The notes under the pieces are model-generated. The model did not search any database. It was not told where the DNA came from and saw only the letters and a list, made by a program, of their open reading frames with translations. The position numbers and the translations under genes were made by a program. A DNA stretch of 64,000 nucleotides from Armatimonadota bacterium. GTDB lineage: Bacteria; Armatimonadota; Fimbriimonadia; Fimbriimonadales; GBS-DC. Below are positions 14,745 to 22,700 of the stretch, in pieces. The stretch covers positions 45,689 through 109,688 of the forward strand of contig JBBIML010000014.1 in the NCBI GenBank assembly GCA_037444405.1, given 5' to 3'. Position 1 is the first letter of the stretch; the number at the start of each line of letters is the position of its first letter.

Positions 14745-16049
14745 TCATTTTAGCCAGACAGGGGACGCAAGAGGAATCTGTCCCCACGGCTTGTTGCGAA
14801 ACCCTTCGGGGATGGGGCGGTGGAGAGGCAGAAGGTCGCCGCGGGGCGAGCTGGGTCGGAAATAGTCAAACCGCCCGCCGTCGTCCCGGCGGTTGACCCC
14901 CAGCGAATAGATGAGAAAGCCGCGCTGGGGATCCACCTTATACACGAACGGCTTGCCGCTGAAGGGGTCGATCGCCATCTCGCCCAGATTGAGCGCGCTC
15001 AGCTGGTCAGGATAGCGCCCCGTGCGCGATTTGTATAACCGAATCGCTGCAACACACCCCATCAGGCGTATCTGCGCCAGCTCGACGGCTTCCCTTTGCA
15101 AAAAGGGTACAAGCGCAGGTATCAGGATGGCGCTCAGCATATGGCGCGGCTCAAACGGCTCTTTATCGGAGCGCTGCCAGGCAGGCTTGCGGCTTTCGGC
15201 GACGGCGGCATCCGCCCATGCCTCCACTTCGGGCACGGCAAGGCGCACAAACGGGCGCAGAAACCAGCTGGGTATATCGTCACGGGTTGAGGAAGGGTCA
15301 GAAGAGGTTGTTGTCAGCTCACTCCACTGCAGGTTGCCTTCGGCAAGGGCTTTCATCGTGGCGCGAAGGAAATAGCGCTCGTTCTGGATTGGAACGGAGG
15401 GAGATGGGCGCTGTTGCTCCCAGCGGCGCACCGTTTCTACCATTTGCTTCAGCGCGGTCGGTTCATCGAGCGCGTTCGGCGACTCAAAGAATGGGCGTAG
15501 AGCAATTGTGGTCATCGCGATGCCTACAAGATAGTGAATCGTTCCTCCATCGTTGCGAATCTGGTTGCCCAGCGTGAGGACGCGGCGAAGGCGTTCCACC
15601 GCCTGTTTGTCCCGCCCGCGAGCCAGATTCTCACCCATAAGGAGCGATTCGGCGCGTGCCAGCTCGCGGAACCCAATCAATTCGGGAAAGGTGATTCGGG
15701 GGTCATACTCCCAGATAGCGACGCAGGGCTGGTCGAGGTGGCGGGGATAGGCTTTGAGGTAAGGCTCCATTATCTGCAGATAAGCTTGTCGTTCTGCAGG
15801 GGTTAACGATGGCGGCTGTCTGCCAATCTTTTTGGTCAGCTGTTCGAAGTAAGCATCGTGTTGCCGCTGCTGCTGGATAGCTATCCCGATGCGGCGCAGC
15901 GGCTCGTAGGCGTTGCCGGGCGGGTAGCGTCGGGGCGGCACCTGCAGCTGAGGCGGAGTAAAGAGCCACATCAGCCCTGTGCATGCCCCGATGCACACCA
16001 GCCCGATCACTATGCCAAACCCGATCAATACCTTCGCCGTGCGGGACAT
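14745..16049 (-). CDS. Membrane-anchored hypothetical protein with a pseudopilin (GspG)-like C-terminal motif
   Basis: N-terminal TM helix; helical body; C-terminal AIRLYKSRTGRYPDQLSAL...DPFSGKPFVY...IYSLGVNRRDDGG. Confidence 0.75.
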   Translation of the reverse strand: MSRTAKVLIGFGIVIGLVCIGACTGLMWLFTPPQLQVPPRRYPPGNAYEPLRRIGIAIQQQRQHDAYFEQLTKKIGRQPPSLTPAERQAYLQIMEPYLKAYPRHLDQPCVAIWEYDPRITFPELIGFRELARAESLLMGENLARGRDKQAVERLRRVLTLGNQIRNDGGTIHYLVGIAMTTIALRPFFESPNALDEPTALKQMVETVRRWEQQRPSPSVPIQNERYFLRATMKALAEGNLQWSELTTTSSDPSSTRDDIPSWFLRPFVRLAVPEVEAWADAAVAESRKPAWQRSDKEPFEPRHMLSAILIPALVPFLQREAVELAQIRLMGCVAAIRLYKSRTGRYPDQLSALNLGEMAIDPFSGKPFVYKVDPQRGFLIYSLGVNRRDDGGRFDYFRPSSPRGDLLPLHRPIPEGFRNKPWGQIPLASPVWLK

Positions 16050-16141
16050 AATCGGCAACCGATCAAGAGAATACCTGCTGCTTTGCGAGCAGAGTCTGAA
16101 AGTGCTGGCAGGTCATGGGGCTTCGGGTACAATCTCGCGCG

Positions 16142-17308
16142 ATGGCGTTTCGGGTCTTTTGCGGGCAGCTCATCACCGATGGGCAACTCTATCGGGATGT
16201 GGCGCTGCTCATCGATAAAGGGCGTGTGGTGGCGTGGGAATCCTTTAATAATAGGGGCGACCTGCGCATCGAGCCGCCCGATGTGGATGCGCGTGCCTGC
16301 GCCGTGCTGCCAGGCATGATCGATATTCACATTCACGGTGGGGGCGGGCGCGACCTGATGGAGGGCACTGTCGAGGCGGTGCAGGCGGTTGCCCGCCATC
16401 TTGCCCGCTACGGCGTAACGGGCTTTCTGGTGACGCCGCTGACGGGTCCGTGGGAGGCGATTCGGGCGACGATTCGCGCCGCGCAACAGGTGCGCCAGCA
16501 CGGTTCCGATGGCGCCCAGGTGCTGGGCTGCCATGTGGAGGGTCCCTTTATCAATCCTGCACGGGCGGGCGCACAGCCACCTGAATATATCCGCCCTGCC
16601 AGCGTCGCCGAGCTGGAGCGCGAGCTGGGCACGCTGCTGGAGGAGGTGCGCATCGTGACACTGGCGCCCGAGATCGAAGGTGGCTACGAGCTGACCCGCT
16701 ACCTGGCGAATCAGGGCGTGATTGTGTCTATCGGGCACACCGACGCCCGCTATGAAGAGGTCACCCGCGCGATTGATCTGGGCGCCCGTCACGCCACGCA
16801 TTGCTACAACGCCATGCGCCCGTTCCAGCATCGGGAGCCGGGCACGGTGGGCGCGGTGCTGACCCATCCCGAACTGAAAGCCGAACTCATCTGGGACAAC
16901 ATCCACACGCATCCTGCCGTTGCCCGCCTGCTGGTTCAGGCGAAGGGCGTGGAGGGCGTCATCTGCATCTCGGATGGCACCACGGGCGTCGGCATGCCCG
17001 ACGGCTATCGGTTCGAGCTGTGGGGGCACGCGGCGGTGGTGCAGGGAGGCGCGGCGCGCCTTATCGAGAACGGCTCGCTGGCGGGCAGCACTATCGCGAT
17101 GGATGCCTGCCTGCGCCATTGCGCCCAAACTTTTAGCCTTGCCGTCGCCTCGATGCTCTGCTGTGCGAACCCGGCGCGGGCGCTGGGGCTGGAAGGACGC
17201 AAGGGCACCCTGCGCCCCGGCGCCGACGCCGACCTCTGCCTCTGGAATCCCGAGCGCCAGCAGGTGGAAAGCACCTACATCGGCGGGCAACGGCAGGAAT
17301 CTCTGTGA
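16142..17308 (+). CDS. nagA: N-acetylglucosamine-6-phosphate deacetylase
   Basis: PGMIDIHIHGGGG, HVEGPFIN, TLAPE, SIGHTDA, THCYNAM, LAGS, NPARALG. Confidence 0.95.
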   Translation: MAFRVFCGQLITDGQLYRDVALLIDKGRVVAWESFNNRGDLRIEPPDVDARACAVLPGMIDIHIHGGGGRDLMEGTVEAVQAVARHLARYGVTGFLVTPLTGPWEAIRATIRAAQQVRQHGSDGAQVLGCHVEGPFINPARAGAQPPEYIRPASVAELERELGTLLEEVRIVTLAPEIEGGYELTRYLANQGVIVSIGHTDARYEEVTRAIDLGARHATHCYNAMRPFQHREPGTVGAVLTHPELKAELIWDNIHTHPAVARLLVQAKGVEGVICISDGTTGVGMPDGYRFELWGHAAVVQGGAARLIENGSLAGSTIAMDACLRHCAQTFSLAVASMLCCANPARALGLEGRKGTLRPGADADLCLWNPERQQVESTYIGGQRQESL

Positions 17309-17491
17309 AAGCGTCGAATAACCTGTAGGGCAGGTAATCGAGCCGTTGGGCAGAGCTGGAGCGCCGCTCGCAAGGAGAGAAAAGCCTCTCCGTGCGTGCG
17401 CGTTTTGTCGGCGCCTGCCCCCAAACGGCAGGAATCGCGAATCGGACAGCGAATCATATCCAGATGCACTCTACGAGGAGGTTAGTGAGCG

Positions 17492-19012
17492 ATGTGGTAC
17501 GACGAGCCAGTGGACGAGCAGCGACCGGACACGACCAGTACCGACGGGTATCCGGAACCGGGTGATACGGACGCGATGAACGCGCCAGAGGGCGCGGCGA
17601 GCGAGGCGACACCGCCTGCCGCCGGGGCGCCCGCTGACAACTCTGCTGACGCCGAATCGCCGGTGCCAGCCGCGACCAGCGAGGAAGAGGTCTCGATGGA
17701 GGAAGCCCTCGAACAGAGCTTTCGCTCGTTTGAGCAGGGCGAGATCGTGCGGGCAACAGTGGTGCAGGTCGACCGTGAGGGCGCATTAGTCGATGTGGGC
17801 ACCAAGACGGAGGTCAAAATCCCGCTCTCGGAGCTATCGGGCGAGCAGGTCAGCTCTGCCGAGGAGGTAGTGCAGGTCGGCGACGAGATCGAGGTGATGG
17901 TGGTGCGCCCGCGCGGTGAAGAGGGCGCACCCGTGCTGTCCAAGCGACTCGCCGACTTCGAACGCCTCTGGCAGAGCATCGTGGACGCCTACGAGAAGGG
18001 AGAAACGCTGGAGGCGATGGTCACCGAACGGGTCAAAGGCGGTGTGGTGGTCGATATCGGCATCCGCTGTTTTGTGCCCGCCAGCCTGATTGCCCGCAAA
18101 CTGCCGCCCCAGCAACTGGATCGGCTCATCGGCGAGACCTTGCCCATCAAGATTATCGATCTGGATTACGAGCGTCGCAAGGCGGTGGCGTCGAATGTGG
18201 CGGCGGAGGAGGAGCGGCGACGCCAGCGCGATGCCGAAGAGCGTGCCCGCCGCGAGCAGATTTTCAACCAGCTGCGGGTCGGACAACGGCTCACAGGCAG
18301 GGTCAAGCGGTTCACCAGCTACGGCGCCTTCATGGACATCGGCGGCTACGAAGGGCTGCTGCATGTGAGCGAAATCAGCTGGACGCGCATCGAGCATCCG
18401 CGCGACGCGCTCAAAATCGGCGAGGAGATCGAAGTGGTGGTCATTCGGCTGGAGCCGGAGCGGGGCAAAGTGGCATTGAGCCGCCGCCAGCTGCTGCCCG
18501 ATCCATGGGTGAAGGTCACCCAGCGCTATCGTGAGGGCGAGGTGCTGGAGCTGCCCATCTCGCGTGTGGAGCGCACGGGCGCCTTCGTGAAACTGCCTGA
18601 AGGCGTGGAAGGGTTCATTCCACTCGGGGAACTGACCAGCAAGCGGGGCGTGCGCAGCGCCCAGGAGGTGGCATCGGTCGGGGAAACCGTCAAAGCGCGT
18701 ATCACGGAGATAGATCCGCGCCGCCGACGCATGGTGTTGAGCGTGCGTAATGCCGAAGAGCAGGCAGCGATACAGGAACACGCCCGCCAGCGCGCGGCAC
18801 AGCCCACCCGAACAAGCGGCTTCACCATCGGGCAACGCCTCCAGTCGCAACTGCAGGAGCTGCAGCAGAGCCTTGCATCTTCAGAGGAGAGCCAACCCGC
18901 CGAAGCGGAACCGCCAGCCGCTGATGCGAGCGAACCCACCCAGCCAGAACCATCCAGCGATGCAGGAACGCCAGAGCCAACTGACGAACAGGAATCCGCG
19001 AAGGCGGAATGA
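17492..19012 (+). CDS. rpsA: 30S ribosomal protein S1 (4 S1 domains, acidic disordered termini)
   Basis: S1 repeats, e.g. YGAFMDIGGYEGLLHVSEISW, LSRRQLLPDPW, GAFVKLPEGVEGFIP; SD GAGGAGG; followed by coaE. Confidence 0.9.
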   Translation: MWYDEPVDEQRPDTTSTDGYPEPGDTDAMNAPEGAASEATPPAAGAPADNSADAESPVPAATSEEEVSMEEALEQSFRSFEQGEIVRATVVQVDREGALVDVGTKTEVKIPLSELSGEQVSSAEEVVQVGDEIEVMVVRPRGEEGAPVLSKRLADFERLWQSIVDAYEKGETLEAMVTERVKGGVVVDIGIRCFVPASLIARKLPPQQLDRLIGETLPIKIIDLDYERRKAVASNVAAEEERRRQRDAEERARREQIFNQLRVGQRLTGRVKRFTSYGAFMDIGGYEGLLHVSEISWTRIEHPRDALKIGEEIEVVVIRLEPERGKVALSRRQLLPDPWVKVTQRYREGEVLELPISRVERTGAFVKLPEGVEGFIPLGELTSKRGVRSAQEVASVGETVKARITEIDPRRRRMVLSVRNAEEQAAIQEHARQRAAQPTRTSGFTIGQRLQSQLQELQQSLASSEESQPAEAEPPAADASEPTQPEPSSDAGTPEPTDEQESAKAE

Positions 19013-19665
19013 ATCGCTCATCCGTCGTGGCGCAGCCCACCGGCAGCGGCAAACCGCCATTGCGGATCGCCATCACGGGCGGCATCGCCGAGGGCAAAAC
19101 GACCGTTTTGAACCTGTTTGGCTCGCTGGGCGGGCAAACCATCAGCAGTGACGGGATTGTCGCAACGCTGTTGCGTCCAGGGACGGACTTATGGCACGCG
19201 CTTATCAGGGAATTTGGGGAAACGATCTGCACATCAGCGGGCGAGCTGGACCGCGAGCGGCTCGCCGCGCTCGCTTTTGGCGACCCGCGCCAGCGTCGAC
19301 GCCTCAACCAGCTGCTCCACCCGCCAGCGGTGCAGGCAATCGAGAAATCGATCGCCCACAGCGACAGGGACGCGCCGCTGTTTATCGAGGTGCCGCTGCT
19401 GATCGAGGTTTGCCTGCAGGGGCTGTTCGATCGGGTTATCGTGGTGCAGGCGACGCCTGCCCTCCAGCGGCAACGATTGCTCATGCGGGGCATCTCGCCC
19501 GCGCTGGCACGTCAGATGCTGCGCTCGCAGCTACCCACCCGCGCCAAAGTGCCCTTCGCCGACTGGATTGTGCGCACCCATCGCTCGCTCGCCGAAGTGG
19601 AGCAACAGGTGCGCCGCATCTGGCAATCGTTGCACACCGATGGGGTATACTTGGCTACCCCCTGA
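19009..19665 (+). CDS. coaE: Dephospho-CoA kinase
   Basis: IAITGGIAEGKTTV, LDRERLA..AF.D, LLHP, EVPLLIE. Confidence 0.93.
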   Translation: MNRSSVVAQPTGSGKPPLRIAITGGIAEGKTTVLNLFGSLGGQTISSDGIVATLLRPGTDLWHALIREFGETICTSAGELDRERLAALAFGDPRQRRRLNQLLHPPAVQAIEKSIAHSDRDAPLFIEVPLLIEVCLQGLFDRVIVVQATPALQRQRLLMRGISPALARQMLRSQLPTRAKVPFADWIVRTHRSLAEVEQQVRRIWQSLHTDGVYLATP

Positions 19666-19789
19666 TTGGGGGCATGGCTCTTATCGAAGCGCAACCATTC
19701 GCGGCGGTTAACCGTCAAAAAAGCAGGCAGGAGCATGGGAATGCCTGTCGAACCGATAGGAACGCAAACGAAGAGGAGGTTTAGTCACA

Positions 19790-22700
19790 GTGGCTAAGCG
19801 ATGGTGGCTGATTTTGACGGCACTGATCATCGGGAGCGTTGCTTTTGGGCAGAACACGGCAAGCGAGCGTCCGTGGGAGGAGGTGTATCGCAACCGTCCC
19901 AATCGGCACGTGCTGCCGAACGAGCGTCCGCGCACGATTCCGCTCCAGAACTATCGGGAGGTGCCACCCTTCTCCCGCTGGCAGGGGAGCCTCCAGTGGC
20001 AAAAGGGTGGACTGTTCGATCCGCAGCGCTTCCATCAACAGCGGCAATCTCAACCACAGCGTTCGCGCGCGCCGCGCTGGGATCGCGACCTGACCAACGC
20101 GCCCACCGACGAGCTACATCCTGTCTATGCGTCGCGTGCCACCCGCATGTTCTTCGCCAGCAACGCCACAGCTGTCGTGGATGGGCGCCTGGCGAACCCG
20201 GGTCCATACTATCATATCTGGCGCGGCGATCTGGACGACGGCAGCAACCCCGACCTGGGACAGCTGACCAACTACACCCAGATCACGGGTGATACCCCCG
20301 ATGAGCAGTTCTCGTCCCAGATTCAGCCCAGCACCAACGCGAACGGGCACCTCCTCGCCTATGCCTCCCGCTCCGCCGCTGGCAGCTATAACATCATCAT
20401 TCGGAACCTGACCACCAACCAGCGGGTGATTATCACCACCGACAACAACGGCGTGACGCAGAACCTGCGTCCAACGCTGGATCCGGGCGGAGGGCTGGTT
20501 ATTTTCTCTTCGAATCGGCTGGAGGCAGGCGAGACGGAAGCCGACCGCCGATTTCGGCTCTATATGGCACGCGCGGATGGGCGTCCCTTCGATGACGGGC
20601 TCTTCCTGAAACGCCTCACGACCCCTGCCCCTGGCGAGAACGACATCGAACCGGCATGGTCGCCCGATGGCAGTCGGGTGGCGTTCGTGCGAACCTTTGC
20701 GGACGGCAGCAGCTACATCTTTATGCTGGATGTGCGCAACCTCAATATCGGGCAATGGACGAACTTCGTGGATAACAACAATAACCGTCCGCAGGATCGC
20801 CAGCCTACATGGACCACCGACACCGACGGCTCCCTGCGGCTGGTGTTTGCCTCCACGCGCAAGTCGCTCGATAATCAGGGGCGCCACCAGCGACAGCAGC
20901 CGTCGAACAGCGTGGACACCACCAATCGGATTTTCGATATCTATGAGATTGGCACCGACATCCCTGAGGAACTGGGCGCCGTTGCGCTCTCCATCACCGC
21001 CGATCCCAGCACGCCCGCGCTGGCGCGCCCCAACTACCCGGGCGACACCGAGCAGCTGGCAGGTGCCCTGTACCCGACAGGCGCCATCCGCGAGCGCAAC
21101 CGCGTCGCCTACCAGTCCACCCGCCTCAACGAACAACAAAACCAGGGTCCACACGACATCTGGGAGACCTTCCGAACGGACACCATCCCACCCGTAATGG
21201 AGATATTGCCGGTCGTCACCCCGAAAGAGGTCTATCCGCCCGGCTCCAATGTGACCATCCGCATCCGCGCGGTGGACTTCCAGAGCGGGCTGCAGTTCGT
21301 GCGCATCCAGATCAAAGACCCCGATAGCGCCGAACAGGACGAGGAGGGGCTGGAACATAAAATCTATCTTTTCTCGGAGGAGGTGGTTGATCAAAACATT
21401 GTTATTCCTGTGTTTATCGAAATCGGTCAGCAGGCGATTCACCCGGAGACCTATGAGTATAAAGACCCCTATGTGCTGGCGCCGCTGGGCTTCAATGGTC
21501 GCCTGGAGGACACGCTGGCATTGCGGTATGTGCCCGACGACCCGAACAACCCTGATCCCACACAATCGGGCTGGTGGGAGGTCACTTGGCGCACGCCCGA
21601 TGTCGCCAGCGACTTCTACATCGATGTTATCGTGCGCGATAATGCGGGGAATGAGTTCCTCTACGACAACATTTCCGGCTTCACCACGAAGATATTCACA
21701 GGTGGCAACCGCATTCTGCTGGTGTCGGACTATGCGGCGGGACAGATGTTCGTGCAGAACCGAATCGGGGCAGTAGGCAACTCGGCGGGGCGCCCGACAT
21801 GGCTGCCTGTGGAAAGCTACTGGACCGATAACCCGACGGGCAAGCCGCCGTTTGATATTGCCATTAGTCCACCGGGTGTGCCTATCATCGGGGACGGAGC
21901 CATTCCCAGCCCCACGGTACTGCTCGCATTCATTCGCTCCGACACGCTGGGGAGCAACACCACCTACGGCAATCTATACGAGATCTGGCGGGTGCAGTGT
22001 CGGAACCCGATCTCGCCCTCGGTGCTGGCAGGCTATCTACCCCGCTATGAGCGGGAGCCAACCGATTTGCAGGGTGGATTCCGCACCAAGTTGCATGCCG
22101 AGCGTATTGTGGTATGGGCAAGCCCCTACACGGGCGACCTGTGGGCAGGCGCGGGGCATCTGCTGGATCCTGAAATCCAAACACTGCTGCGGAGCTTCCT
22201 GGCAGGAGCAGGGCGCCTGGTGGTCAGCGGTCAGGATGTCGCCTGGGCGCTGAGCCTCGCAGGCGGCACCGCCAACGAGTTCCTCCAGCAGACTTTGCAA
22301 GCGCAGTTCGACACCGATGCAGCCCAGGATGTGTTCCTGCCCATCCCCTACGCCTACCTGCGCCACCAGCTCGACTCCGACGGGCTGGAAACCAATCCTG
22401 ATAATAACGATCCGAACCCGATTGCTTTCAATCCGGGCGGGATGCCCATCTGGTTCATCGAAGATGACGGTACTCAAGGCTCGCCCACCAATCTGCAGAT
22501 CGCCGATCCCGCCACGATGTTGCCCAATAGCGTGATTCTCCGTATTACACCATCCCCACTGATTCCTGGCATCAACAGCGATGGCGCATGGAACCAGATC
22601 TGGCTCGACACCATCTTCACCAACCCGAACGAACGAGCGCCCTACAAGTACACCAACCCCGGCATCACGAACGACCCTCAGCGTCAGCGCGCGGGTACCT

